This document shows, in pieces, positions 13,912 to 28,000 of a stretch of DNA of 64,000 bases; position 1 is the stretch's first letter, and the number at the start of each line of letters is the position of its first letter. Below the pieces are notes generated by a model, which saw only the letters and a list, made by a program, of their open reading frames with translations, searched no databases and was not told the origin of the DNA. Source of the DNA: Ptychomitrium polyphyllum (Eukaryota); assembly GCA_973851085.1 (NCBI GenBank), contig OZ316775.1, positions 7,130,001 to 7,194,000 of the forward strand. Direction: 5' to 3'. The translations under genes were made by a program, and so were the position numbers.

Positions 13912-15344
13912 TTACCCAGATGCAGCAGCTGGTGTTTCCTGCATCACATCGTCAGGGGTGGCCGCGGCTGCTGGTGCTGAAGGCAGAGTATAGACGGCGA
14001 CGTGAGGCAACAGCACGGAGCCCAGGTAGAGCTTACCGTCGTGCTCTTCCACCTCGCTCACCATCTTCACCACGGTGCCCATCTGATCCTCCAGAACCTC
14101 CTTCAGCTCGCCGCTGGGCCCATAGCGTATAATCATGCCCTTGGGTTTGCCGGCCAGCAGCCCATACACCACCTTCACAGGCACAGGCAGCCGCACCAGC
14201 AGCGTGCGCAGCCACGGCAGCTGGCTCAAAATCTCCGCAGACTTCACGCGCAGGCAATGTATAGCCACCCAAAAATCGCCCGCCTCGTTGCGGCGCACGT
14301 TGTCGGGCCATCCGGGCAGATCCGCAAAGAGCTCGTGCGTGCCGGCCTTGGCGCCCTTGAGCCAGTAGCGCCACATGCGACCCATGCGGCACTCCGTGAA
14401 GACCACGAAGGTGTTGTCCTTGCTGACCGCCACGCCGTTGGGGAAGCGGAAGCCGTCGAGCAGCACAGTGGTCTGCTGGGTGGCCAGGTTGTACTTGATG
14501 AAGCGGCCCGTGCCCTCGCCTTCCATGAGCGACAGGATGAACTGGTTGCGCCCCCAGCGCCTGCTGCTGTCGGTGAAATACAAGTTGCCCTCGTCGTCGA
14601 AGTCCAGGTCATTCGTGAACTTCATGCGCACCCCGTCGATCTCGTCCACCACGCGCTCCGCTTGGCCGCCCTCGGGCCCCACTTTCATGATGCCTAGGTA
14701 TGCATCGGCAATCCAGAGCTCCCCTGTCTGCTTGCGGAACCGCAGCCCCAATGGCCGCCCACACACCGGCTCCATCGCTAGATTCGGCCCCACTGGGCTC
14801 TTGGGCGCACATGCTTCCGACCTGCAATGCAGCATCCCACCTTTTGAGATCCCAAATTCTTCTCGTCTCCTCTAATTCCATTCAGTCCAGAACTCCACCT
14901 GAGTAGCTATGGCCAATTATCTAGCTACGCGATGGTGAGTCTGGTTTGATCAGAGATGCGAGATGAGAGAATTAGACGAGGGCGGAGGATTCAAGAGGGA
15001 GAGAGAGCAAACCTGTTGGTAGAGGTGTATGCAAACGTGGTCCAACCGAACTCGGGCCCGTCGTATCTAATAATGCGACCATCGCTGACCCCTGTGTAAG
15101 GGCCGCGTCCTTGGGTATCGAACACCAAACTCTCGGGCCCGAAGAATTGGCCCTGCCACTTGATTTCGGCGTTCTGGAGCTTGTTTTCCGTGTCGCGAGG
15201 AATGTCCTTCACTGGTGTCAATTCCATAACCTCGGGGTTGAAGGTTTCCACGCCTCGGCCCAGCGCCACCTTCATCGGGTCCGTCCCTAAAAACCATGCC
15301 AGCCCCGCCACGAGAACCAGCGCGACCATTGATAGAGGCGTCAT
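13912..15344 (-). CDS. Strictosidine synthase-like (SSL/APMAP-type six-bladed beta-propeller) protein, 413 aa, N-terminal signal/anchor
   Basis: Exons 15344-15013 and 14821-13912 (GT-AG phase-2 intron, 191 bp) join in frame. Motifs GPESLVFD, YTGVSDGRI, CGRPLGLRF, IADAYLG, FTNDLD, FPNGVAVS, LPGWPDNVR, SEVEEHDGKLYLGSV. Confidence 0.93.
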
Positions 15345-16701
15345 TGTAATCTCCCTCGTCCAATTAGCAAAGTCACGTCAAGGCCTGTCCCTTACACGAA
15401 TTGAAACTAGTAGCTGTCAGTTCTAGAAAATACCCAACTTATGCACAAGAAACATGTTACTTAAGCACAATGGTACAAATCAAATCAGAAACTAAATCTG
15501 TTGCGCAAAAAAACCACCACCCTCCTCTAATATCTGTATTGAGGGACCGCGACAATCTTTAGAGCTCTAGCTCAAGTTTCACTGAAGGTGTTGCCTCTAG
15601 TGATAACCCACCCTACCTCCAGCTATTTGCAAGTCCCTCACACCAAGCTAATTCAAGGCATATCATCTTGCCACAGGACCACCATCTAATGCAGCTAACC
15701 TGCGTCGATGGGGGCCGTTGAGATTGCTCTACAGGCAAAAATCATCCTCCATTCAACGGGCGTCTCTGTCCAGATCGCAGTTAAAGCAGGAGATAGCGAA
15801 GGTGGAATTGAAGGATGGTGGAAGATATTCAAAGCACACAAACAATCCCGAGCTTACTGTAACTTGGAGCGAACCGGACGGGGATTAGGTTTTTGAGAGA
15901 AGGACGCATCCAGTTACAATAGTTCCTCTGCCAAGCAGTCACCTTGTACACATCATTCCTGAAAGCAGCAGCGGCAAGTAAGCAGCCCCCTAGACAGGCC
16001 CGCTTAGCTAGCATGCACACCCAGGGGTCTATCGAAACGGCAACGAGTGGCGCGGCATATAATGAGTCTACAATACAATCCGCAAGTTATCTCCTTTCGG
16101 TGGATGCTTCGTCAGAAAATGAACTCTGAATGCAGAGGCAGAATAGAAATCCCTAGAATAGACAACAAGCTGAGGGTGTAACTTATGTACAATGGTAGAA
16201 GAGAAGAGGTGCCAGGGGAATGGGCACATGACACATGCTCACATGATCATACGCTAAATGTACAGGTCCTATTTCCTCTTTAGAGCTGAAGCAGCACCGC
16301 TGATGATGATGAATGATGCAGAATGACAGTTTCTGAGACGAAAGAGCACAGAGTACAGGGAAGTTGCTCTCAAAAGCAATAATAAGGTTCAGTTTTGATA
16401 TACTGAACTCGTGCGACTAGTTCATTCGTTTGGCTGGCAACAATGACCTTTGCGGTCACTTCCAGTTTCCATGGTCTCGAAAAGGAGCCTCTGCCATTCG
16501 CATTAAAGTATAATATTCAGTCTATCCTGTTCACAGATGTTGACTTCCACCAGTGGATAGCCAACAACTTCGCCAACAATTTCGTCTCATTAAGTTTGTA
16601 CAATTACGATTTACATTGGCACAGCCCCCCTTACTTTCAGGTCTTATTCAGGAATTTGCCATTGAGGCATTGTGAAATTTCACCAGATTTGATTGCCTAA
16701 A

Positions 16702-18660
16702 TCATAGAGTGGCACTAATGATATCTCCTAATACAAGACCACCAACGAGACCCCCTACACCACTTATCAGTGCGACTAGGAAGTTCTCTCTGCCTTCTTG
16801 TTGGCGTCGAATTTGAACAGGTATGTACTGGTTCCGTGCTTGTGCACATGGATGGGGGTCCACGTTCAAATTGTTGGAGAAGAAAGGAGACGAAGGGGGA
16901 AGCGGTGGAGGAGGTCTTGCAGGAGGTGGTGGAGTTTCGCTCTCTTGTGTATCCGGGTTTGATGTCAAGCATGGCGCAGGCGGAGCAGCAAGCGACAACG
17001 GAGGAGCAGAAGGCAAAAACGCCGTATGGTCGTCATCATGATCAGTACAAGGTGGATAAAAGGATACCATAGTTCCATATGGTTGGACTGCGGGGTATCC
17101 CATGACTGCACCTCCATCTGGAATGCTAGAGAAGCTAGTGGGCATTTCAATCGCCCAACCATCATGACCCTTGTCTGTGACAGCAAAACCGCGCTGTTAA
17201 AGTTTACCAATCCTAGGCTGACCAACAAAGCATAGGTCCATGAACATGAATCAACATGGGAGACAAGTGTCTAATATGTTATAGCTGGAACGACATATAT
17301 AAACTACGAGTTTCTATGGAGCAGGGACCTGGAGATTTAGCAGATTGATTATGTGGAGAATGTACGATCAAATGCCGTATAGTCGATGACTTTGTTCTTT
17401 TGAACTATGAGGACCTACATTCTAGTCTCGTTGTTGGGACGATAGAGAAGATTAAATGTTATAACTTACCAAGAGCATACATCATCTGCTGGATGGTAGC
17501 TCCAGTCAAGTTGACAGAGATCCTGATACTTCCTTGCGTTCGCCCGGAGGGTCTATGTAATGGAAGCGTGACAATATCACCTTCCTCTGAGTTGGTTTTA
17601 GTTGCCTTCATTCGTGCAATATCTGTCAACGCCAGATAAGTAGTTCCAACGACGCTCGGACTCACTGTTCCGGTACTGTACACCTGCAGCCCACCAACGC
17701 CAATCCTCGTATCATATATTTGATGTTGGAAATGAAATTCCTTTGCAAAATCAACCTATCTTTAGCTATTCATTGCCATTGTAGTCCCAAAATGGAATCT
17801 CACGATCAGCCTTGGTTGACTTCACGACCCACGAACTTCAGAATCCACAGAAAGCAGAGCGGTGAGTGACGAAGGTGAAATTGAAAATGTAAGACCCAGA
17901 ACTTCGTACTGATATCCAACTCAGAGGTTTAACTTAAGATTTGATAACATCTCTAAAGACGGCGATAGTGCAATAAATAGGACAGTGATATCCATAGCAT
18001 TAAAGGAGCCCCGTAAATACTCGAGATAACTCAAGATATAAGGTTCCTGATTAGAAAAAAACCTTCTAACATAGCTCACGGGTTTGAAGACAAAAATCTC
18101 ACACGCCCTTTATTGTCCAGGGATTCCACTACCTTCCTGACACCAGACTCAATGATCTAGAAATTATAAGGATATCAAGTTTTGGAGACTAGAGATACTT
18201 GCATTGTCAGGATGAACATAATCATCATCACTCTCTAACTCTGGAAGATGCACATATATACTGGGTTTAGAAAACTTATCTACTGAACCCCATAGTAATT
18301 TATCAGATCAACAACTTCACAGACAAGCCCTACTGTAGTCTTCATGTATTAGATGTTCATTTGGCACAGCACAAAGACTAGAGAACTGACCTGCACAGTG
18401 AGGGCGGAATGCGGGTTGAGAAGAATGTCATCAGTCACGGGAAAGGACAAGCCGTCATTCCAGGCAGCACTTCGACCGGTCTTATGACGAACACTCGTGC
18501 TTCGTTTGTAGTCATTCTCCACCCATGCCATAACATACACGCTCATTTTCCCCACCATGTTGACATTCTTGAGATCCTGGGCTGCCAACACTATCACCTC
18601 TAACACTGGCCCTGATGATGTTGGTCCACCAATTGACTCCTCTGACACTGATCCTCCCAT
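16702..18660 (-). CDS. SRC2-like C2-domain protein with proline-rich linker and C-terminal Gly/hydrophobic helix, ~318 aa
   Basis: Exons 18660-18391, 17683-17470 and 17174-16702 splice in frame (957 nt). C2 motifs LEVIVLAAQDLKNVN...MSVYVMAWV, AWND, LHRPSGRTQGSIRISV; SRC2-type tail GGLVGGLVLGDIIS. Confidence 0.85.
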
Positions 18661-20555
18661 TTTCTTCCCAACGAGCTCAAACCATGCCCACACTGTCTTT
18701 ACTACTTCCTGGTTCACAAACGCTTCGGTTTCTCAGGACAAGGAACGGTTCTTGTGAGGGAACTCAGAAAATGTCCAGTAGTTCTCAAAACGAAGAGATT
18801 GCTCCTTTTTATCATCTCGATTCTGCAAAGTGATGAAGGCATGCCCGAGTCTTACATAGATTAGAGCATTCTGACTTCCCCAAATTCCTTAGGTCGCTGG
18901 AACACACCCAATCGGCGGAGAGACCCTACAACGAAACTAAACTCTGCACAGGCATTGTTGTTCCTTTCAATAGAGATTGAAAACGATTGGAGTACGTTTC
19001 TGGAGGTTTTCAGCTATGATGGCCTCCGTCAACAGCCTTCGTCGCAAAGGCGAATAGGGGCGTAAGAACAGCAAAATACCATAGTACACCACAGACATCA
19101 CAAACAATTTTTTGATCAAATGCAACCCAATTACAAAAGCTGAGCTAACCAGATCATCAATGCTGCCACACTTTTGCACAAGAGAAAAACTCACCCACTT
19201 ATGCTTTCCCCAATTCCTAAAAGAAATCGGTTCAAAGTGAAACAGAGCCCGAGATCTCACGAAGACCATCGCCGGTTCTCTTCGACACCATGGCAACACT
19301 TCGCCTACAGAAAAAGCGAAAATCGAAGAACAACGCTCTCTGCCTGGCCTAGGGCGACACCACCTCCACAACGGGCAGGAACACGGGTGAGTAAGTGGGT
19401 TCCTTGAGCAGAATCGAGTACAAACTGTGCTCTCCCAACGCAAGAAAGAAAGAGTTCCCGCCAACCACAACCACAGTACAGATATCGCAGCAGCGCTCAC
19501 TCCTCGTGTAATCGGTACAGACTAATGCACCCCACCAATGCAGCCCTGGCCTCACACGGAACTTGGAAGAGACAACACCATTGAAAGGAAAACTTCACAC
19601 AGAAAATGCTTGCAGCTCACCAGCGATGATCTGATGCGAGTCTCGTTTCTCGTCCGTAGGAGGGAGTCCGTCCTTGAGGCGATGATGCAATCAATTCCAG
19701 AAGAAAGTGTGAGTAAACAATGACATGGCAAATAGCTGTGCCACATCCTTTTCAGGTTTAGAATGACTTTTTGAGTTGCAGTTCTTGCTGGACCGTGTGA
19801 CCGTGCAACTGATTTCAGAGACCCGTTGCAGAGCTCATTCATCTCTGATTCGCTGCGAATCTCAGAAAAGCGAAGGCGTTCAAGCAGGCTCGGCTTTTCG
19901 TCATCCCCTTGCAAGGTTTGTAAGTTGTGTCAATTCTTCACTTGGTTAATTCTTCATTTGGTTGACAGACTTTTATTTCAATATGAGGGCCTCATCAACT
20001 GGTACGTGCCACTGTGAACAGAGAAAAAGCAATTTAATTCTAATATGACTAAACATACTCTGCAGCTCGAGTGAGTTATGGTGACTATTCTCAGGGGAGG
20101 TTATAAAAAGCCTAATTTATAATCTTAAGAAAAGTTGTTTCCAGAGCTGGGGTACCGTCGTACAGTTAAGGAGAAAATAATAAGAAATTTCTAGAAGGAA
20201 AGCTTCCAGCAGTTTCGATGCTTTCCGAATTTTCAACGAAGGTGGGTGTAATAATCACGACAAGCATGCCCGTTCGATTCCATGAGTTACTTTACATAGG
20301 GAGGAGCCATCTCTAAACAGAGTTCGTCCCTCTTTGGTAAGGTGGCAAGCAGGGCTGATTCCAAGACCCCAAATTTGGTGTGTTGATTATCTCAAACTTA
20401 AAAACCTTCAAAAGCTACATAGGAAACATCTCGGGCGCAGATACTTGGAACTAGTCCCCAAAGTAAGCTTGTCCCTAGAATCTATCAACACTACATGAAG
20501 AAGTGCTTAATGTGAATAATTCGAGGTTTATCTTCGATATCGTACAAATCTACAA

Positions 20556-23500
20556 TCATGCAGTTTTAGGTTTTGCTTTGTAAGGATAATTCTGGTGGAT
20601 GATGGTGCTGGATACCACCAATGGGAGGGCTGCTATAGTGTAACTTGATGACGGCTTTCCTTCAACCACTACTTCTAATAAAGCTGTGACGAGCAATGCT
20701 GAAACAATGACAAACCCCTGCATACAGTTCAAAGCATAAATTGTCAGACTGGTTCGTATAAAGGCCCTGGAAGGCCAGATCTTTTGCAAAAAGGAGACAT
20801 GTAGTGAGCACAGAGCCGACATGTGACCTTCTCAAAGGTCAGCTACGTATATTGAAGACGAATATTCATTGTTTCAGAATTAAAAACCTGATATAAATAG
20901 TTACCCATACGAAATCAACCATTATTACACTATTAAATCTGCATGCTGACTCTACAAACATTTCTGCAAATGAACACACTACCTTTTTAATGCCCCCAGA
21001 ATACTGCGTAACCAAACCCACTAGAATGCCACCAAAAGCATTAAAGATAACTGGAATCTGTCATGCCAGCATAATAAAAGCATTAGAGTTAGTAGCACGG
21101 CATACTAATGGAAGCAAGATAAAAAGGATCATGATACGAATTGAAAACTGTAGATTGTTTTGTGACGAACTAAGAGGAAAAGAGATAAATGCTTACAAAT
21201 GTTAATAAGGTCCATCCATAAAAGAAACCACGTTTCTGTATGCTCACACCGTCAGGCGACCACCACATGCTAAACAATAGAACTAGGCTTCCATATGTGG
21301 ACATCTCTAACGTCATCAAATACGTGCTTCTGCGTTTCACCTGCACATAATTCAGTAAGCATGATAAACTTCCGGAACTCAAAGACCATGATAACTCACC
21401 ACAACTACATCAGGAGACTCCCATGCACTTGATCTAGTAGTATACTGATATAAACTCAAGGTTCTTAAGGTCGAATACTTCTTTGATATAGATATAATAT
21501 AAATAGTGATATGATAATTATATAGATTCAAGTTTTCTTGCCAATGGGAGAACTTGAATCAATACAATTATCACAAATTTATTTACATTGTTTATATATC
21601 AAACAAGCATTCGACCCTATGTTTGTATCAATATACTATTAAATCAAGTACTCACAAATTTTCTAATGTAAAGTACCAGAACGACCACAAAAGCACCCAC
21701 TAAAACCCATGGCCGAGGGAAAAGCTCTTCATTTATTCTCAATAAAGTTAAAAAATAAGCTTAAAGGTTACATTTTCTAACAAACGTTTATTATTATTCT
21801 TATGTTTAATATTATTTTTAGATTAAAAGAGTCTTACTTATGTCTTAAAATAATCAACCGAGACTTAAGCAAGAGTCTTACTCTTGTTTAAGAGTATCCA
21901 CCACTAAAATGTAGGTTAATTGAATGGAAAATAAACAATTGCATGATGGATGAGGAGAGGAAGGCGTTTCCACATGGAATTCCTAAGGTGAAAACGCAAA
22001 CAGATATCCGCGGCTTTCAAACATAAGACTTTTAAAAATTGACAAATCAAAAGGACATCTAATGCAATCAGCTGATTCAAAAACGAACAATGTCGTATTT
22101 GCAGTGCAGGTATATGGAAGTCATCCAGTCAAACCTGAGCGGCCCACTGGCAGAGGGTGGATGCCAAACCAGAGAGCACAGATGCAGATATGATGGGGAT
22201 GATGCCCAACCACAATGTTGATTCCCATTCAATCTCCTTGCTCCGCTGCTGTGGGGCAGTCTTCCCGAGACTCAACAGCATTGCCGCTATTAATAGCAGG
22301 AATAAAGCCCCAATCTGTTGCTTTGTCTGCCTGGACCTGTAAGTCGAATTTCTCACACATTGAATGTGTAAAAATGTGATGACGGCATTAAATTACCTCG
22401 TCCAATCATCGGTTCACAATATTGTAGCACTTAGAAATATAAGTGAGATCTACGGGAGATGAACTTAAGCGGACAAATATGGAGACAAACAAAAGACTAG
22501 CATTCACCCTTCGATTGCAGGAGTTTGCAATAGCAAAAAAAGATGACATAAGAGCTTATGCCTTACAAATTCTGCTGACAACCAAGGATAGACCTTAACT
22601 GAAGAGGTTACATACCCAAGCAATAAGAACATAAAAAATGCTGTGAAGACGAGCTTAGTCTGGTTCAACAGGGAAAATGTGAGTGAATCCAAGTTTCGAT
22701 ATGAAAGCTGAAGAAGAGTGTTTTGTAGGGCATAAATTGCTGCTGGTGATGCCGATGCTTTCAGAGAGTCAACAAAGCTCCATTCTTTTGGCAATCTCCA
22801 TAAGGTGCCATCCCGAGCCATGAAAAATAGAGCAGCCACACACTGCATCACATGATTAACACTTACGAATGTCATTAAAAGAACCTAATAACTACCTCAT
22901 CATGAGGCTCAAATACAGACTAGCTGATAAGCACCAAAAATGTGCGCCTTCATTCAACGTACGTGCTAAAATAACAATCAATGAGGATTATCACTATCCG
23001 ATTAGGCTGGAGAAAAACAGACTCAAAAATTACTCAAGCATAAAGTCACCTCATTCGTCCACCAGAACCTTCTCTACATACATACACTGTATAGGCAAAC
23101 GAGGAGATACACGATTGCTCACAACCGTACGGCTCATATCCTAGAGGTAGCCTTGAGTGGGGCAGGCAGCTCGATTGTTAATTCAAGCTGAGAATATCAA
23201 GCTGCAGACTGAATTAGGGCTTACACCCGCAGTCTGGTTACTCAGCAGTCCGCGAAGCCTAATGCCAACAAGTGTCTCACCTACAGGAGCAGCAAGCAGG
23301 CAGGTAGTACCCCTCCAGCAGGTGGCAACGATCATATACCTTGACCAGTTCACATGTGAGTACCGCCGATGTCATGATCACGTACTTCCTGCCAACCCAA
23401 ACCATCCGGCAATGTCAGCTCCGTTCCCCCAGCAACTGCTTCTCCATACTCTCATGTTAAGACAGCATCCCCAACTACAACAGACTCGCAGACTGTCAGA

Positions 23501-24121
23501 CTGCGAGTCTGCGAAATTCCTAAGACACCATGAAAGCAATCAAATCTTACTCATCCTGAAATACACACAGCACACCACCAACTCCCAACTTATAGCATCC
23601 CTACTATAGCATGGCCTTAATCCTTGAATTTTTCAACGGCATACTAAACAGAAATTTGGATCATCCGTCTTCAGGTCTGACGAAAGTGTTGCATACCAGA
23701 CAACTAGTCCACAATTCACATAAAAATTGATGCCAATAAAAGTATATCTCCTAAATCTCAGTAAGACTTGCAAACCCATTCAGATTTCAATTCAAAACAG
23801 AAACGCACCATGGTACCCTAAAGTAGGGCAACCACGACGAGCATAGCCCAGAAGACGCACATAATAGTCAACATCGAATGACCTCCGCTGAAGAGCACGA
23901 AGCAGCAAGCAGAGAAGATAAGCTCTTGTATGAAGAGGAGGGTACCCAGTGAAGCGCTTGGAGATGAGGGGCTGGACGCCATACTGAAGAGCGAGCAAGG
24001 CCATACACAGGGCGGCGCGAGCCCGCTGCTTGGACGCTTCTGCGTCGGCGTCCACCATGGCAGCAGGGGCAGAGGGGGGATGGAGGCGGGAACTGGTGTG
24101 GCGCTCTCGTGCGGCGCCCAT
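20556..24121 (-). CDS. Nucleotide-sugar transporter (SLC35A/CMP-sialic-acid-transporter family), ROCK1-like UDP-GlcNAc/UDP-GalNAc transporter, ~344 aa
   Basis: Seven GT-AG exons in consistent phase (1035 nt): 24121-23946, 23388-23340, 22842-22616, 22336-22135, 21340-21197, 21057-20983, 20717-20556. Motifs LLALQYGVQPLISKRF, PAAIYALQNTLLQLSYRNLDSLTFSLLNQTK, VLSGLASTLCQWAAQVK, GGILVGLVT, GFVIVSALLVTALL. Start could instead be the ATG at 24058. Confidence 0.92.
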
Positions 24122-24294
24122 CTCCTCTCCTCTCCTCTCCTCTCCTGTCTATTATCGGCTTTCCTCTCTCGGTCTGCGGAGTTTCTGCCGTCAGCCTCGA
24201 TCGTCTTGTCGACGCAATTCGATCTCCGAAAACACACACGTTCTCCGTCTCCGTCTCCGTGTGCGTGTGTGCGTGTGCGTGTCTGTCGCAGTCA

Positions 24295-24323
24295 CAGACT
24301 CGCAGACTCGCAGACTCGCAGAC
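24295..24323. repeat. (CAGACTCG) x3.6 tandem octamer upstream of / in the 5' leader of the transporter gene
   Basis: Directly visible: cagactcg cagactcg cagactcg cagac. Confidence 0.8.
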
Positions 24324-25039
24324 CGGCCTTCTCTCTCTCTCTCAGTGTCTGGCTGGACATAACGCTGCTCCTCCGACGGAGTCTGTCCAGGTCGAGCTCG
24401 GTAGACTGCTTTTCATTCATAAATCATCCATTCCTCTCACTCGTGCCACTGACTGCGCCCGCTTGAGCGAACCTACGCCTACGTATTTAAAGTAGTTCCA
24501 AAATAGTTAGAGGGTCTTGGATTTCTTGCAATGAGCGTCCAAACATCCTCCTAGTCACACTTGCTCAAATGGAGCATGCACTTGTGAATGCATAAAAGCA
24601 TAAGTCTAGTTTGTTTATGTAGCATATGAATTCCTTCAATGTAATTTTGATAGAAAAGATTTGTCAAGATCACTAAATATTATTTTGTAAGAAAAAACGT
24701 AATTTTTACTTTGTTCTTCTTTACTTTCAAGAATTTTGAAAGGTTTTGAAATAGTTTATGTATTACAATGTTATATTACAATGCTATATTTTAGGAGATT
24801 AATATTCTCTCTTGCCCTATGCCTTATGTAGTGTGAGCTTAAATTTCATTAGCTTAGATCTACTAGTAAAAGCTAAGACAAAGTCGGTTTTTGGGTACAG
24901 TAACGGTTTAAAGTATGTATCCTGTGACCTGCTGGTAGTGTTTGTCTGGTCTATGATCTATCAATACTGTTATCTGACAAATACTACCGGCATAACAGTG
25001 TTGATAGATCATACAGTGGTTCATATTCGTTGCTGTTAG

Positions 25040-28000
25040 AAATGGAGTTGTGCTGCATGTGGAACCCGTCTTGATAACTTCTCAATTGATCTATAAATGC
25101 TCACAGATAATAGTGTTGATAGAGGCCTTATCTACATCTGAAAGGTGAAATTAGGCACCAGAAAAGGTAAACGTCGGCCAGATGTTGGATGTATTAATTT
25201 GCAATAGTGATCACGATTCACACCAGCAGAGGTTCCAGCTGTTGAAGGCGTCCTTCGAGAGTGTGAGGTCGATTCTTAAGCATTTCTGTAAGGGAAGTGC
25301 ATTAAAAAATGTCCCTCTCTATTGTAGTGCAAGATGGATGACCTTACATTTCATTACCTTGCACCTTGGGCATACTTTCACTGAAGATTCATAGTTAATT
25401 CTGTAGGCACCAAAAAACCGATGCAAGTGGAAACTGGAATGGTTAAGCATATAGATATCTAGCAAGGCGATTTATTGCATGTAATTGGCCTATCATTACC
25501 TTCTTGGACACTCGTCAGAAGGATAAATCCGAGTGCTCAGATCCACCACATTGCATGATGGGAACTGGAGAAATAAACCTCGTTCCAGGTTTGCTCTTAA
25601 TCTAATTGTTGTTGATGCTGTCAAGCTTTTCTTTTGGGGACTAATCATAGCGATGTTGATTTTTTTATGGTGTTTTTTCGCTTGTGAGACGTTTTGCTTG
25701 TGTTGCCGTGCAGAGTTGCCATGACTAGAAAGTAATCCACATACTACATTGATGTGGAAGGACTGCATCATGCTTTTGTGAGTAGCATCCGAGATGATGA
25801 TTCAAATGTTGTCATAGATTGGATCAAGGATAACAAAGTTCAGCAGGTTCGTTTCCTTCCTTTAATAGTTAGTTTCATTCAGAGAACTCGTGTGTCTACT
25901 AAATGAGGTCACAATTCAACATGCATCCAATGCAATTTCAGTGAAGCGTTATGGTTGATAATTATAGAATTTCGGTAAGAATCCAGAGCATTTTTGGGTA
26001 AGTTTTCTATGTTCACACCATATTCGATACCCCTCTTTCTTTATTCCCTACGTTCTTATAATGAGAAATGTAGGTCGTCTTGTTTTGTTTTGTAAAGTTA
26101 TGGAACTCATTTCTGGTAACGTCGGTGTACAATGTTGCTAAAGGAACCTATGATTTTCTAGAGCCGGTAGGGCTAGTTTATTTAGAAATGTTGCCTTTGC
26201 TCTATAAAATTTTGCCTGCAGATATGTGCTATTGTACAGTATGATTTCATACTCATCTTTCATGAAAGACAAGTTTTCGTAAGCTCCTGCTTTTGGAGTG
26301 CTATTCTAATTAAAATTGATTCTTTCTGTCGATTGCGCGAAGGTCATGGGAGCATAAGATTCAGATAGTTCCATCCACTAATATTAGCGAATTTTTGCAT
26401 GTCGGTCTTCCACTCATTCTGTGTGGTTTCACGAGCTTGCTGCAGTGTTTATTGTATAGCTTGTGTGTTGTGCCCATGTCATTGGACTCACTAGCAGGAT
26501 TATCCCGTGTCTCTAAATTGCTATAACAGATATATGTTGGAAAATGTCAAGTCTTGCTATTACAGTGCTGAACTAGGAATCGATCTAGAATATCAAACAT
26601 CACAGTAAACTATGGTAACGTTGTATCAAAGATTTGAGCCCACAATGCTTTCAGCAGACCTCAAGGCAGCTTCTGAAGCGCCACCCGCTTTATTAGGAAC
26701 TTTTATTGAAGGGAACAATCCTCCGGTAGCAGAAGAGGTAAAGTTTGTGTGAGGATGGGTTACCTCTAGGAGATAGTGCACCACCTGCATTCAGAAACGG
26801 CCACATAACAACAGGTTCATTGTTACTTTCTTGCTACGCTGCTACCGTAGAGAAGAAATGAGTGGGTTAAGAATAGGCTATCATCAATTCTGTCTACTAC
26901 TGTTCTCTTCGTGATGTAGGTTCAACTTGCCAACTCTAGACAGCTTCGTTAGGTAGCTCTGCGTTTCTGTTATGAATTCATCATGATTCTCTCTAGGACA
27001 ATTATTTAAGACGAAGGTCAAACTTTTATTTTGCCTATTGCACTAATTCTTTTATCACAATTAATCAATACCTGAATTCTTGTTGATTGTGGATTGCCTA
27101 ACTGGTTGGGTTTCCGCTGTAGAATAATATAACAATTTTTGTGCGTAGGGTAAGTGCTGGTGACTGTTCATGACAGCAGCATCTCAACAAACATACTCTC
27201 CTGCATATATAGTTGTGGTAAAGAGGAATTTTCGAATGATGATAACATTGCAGGGGATGAGGGTGAGTGAGTATGTACCCTCGCTCCTTGTGGCAGCGAT
27301 GGTCGGTACACCCCCGGCGTGGACTCTGACACACATGCACGCGTATCGTCTTGCGAGGTTTAGTGTCGGGATGCAACACAATAGGCAAAGCCCTGGGATT
27401 AATGTTGCGTTTGGTGTCGCGGTACTTGCTGTGTGTGGATACAGAGCCGCCGAAACACCCAGCTCGGGAATTGTGGCCAGATCGGCCCCTTGGTGACCGC
27501 GACACCCCTCGAGAGCCCCTTGGGGTGGACGGTGCAGAGTATGCTTTACATCTCTTGCATTTCGGATCTCTTGCGAAGCGTGTGGTTTCTCCAGCACTCT
27601 TGCCGCTCCACGGGAAACACCCCTTCCTCGCCATCTCTGCCCTACCTGCCCTGCTCTGCCACTTGCCTTGCTTCGCTAGCTGCCTCCTACTTCCTGGATT
27701 TCCTGCTCCAGGTCATGGTTGCAATAATTGTACGCCTCATCCGAGCCCCACAGCTGGTGGAGTGAATGCTGCTTTTTCTATTTCTACTTCTAATTCCACC
27801 ACTAGCGGCAAATTGGCAGTACGGTGATTTCGACAATCACAACCCCGGCGGCTCATCTCCCACGCTGTCTCCACCGGGATCTGGTGTTGCATTAACTCAA
27901 TGTGATGATGTAACTGCTAATATTCAATCACCGCCTCTGTACTGCATTGCATTGCTTGTCTCTATACGTCAGTAGACCTGGCCAGAGGTGTTTCTGTGGT

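Noticed and set aside
13920..14906. Several overlapping ORFs of 70-230 aa on both strands within the SSL gene (similar ones overlap the dioxygenase)
   Set aside because: Expected alternative-frame and antisense ORFs in high-GC3 coding sequence; no recognisable motifs.
18967..20017. 177-aa and 120-aa minus-strand ORFs between the C2 gene and the transporter
   Set aside because: No motifs; more plausibly UTR or promoter sequence of the flanking genes.
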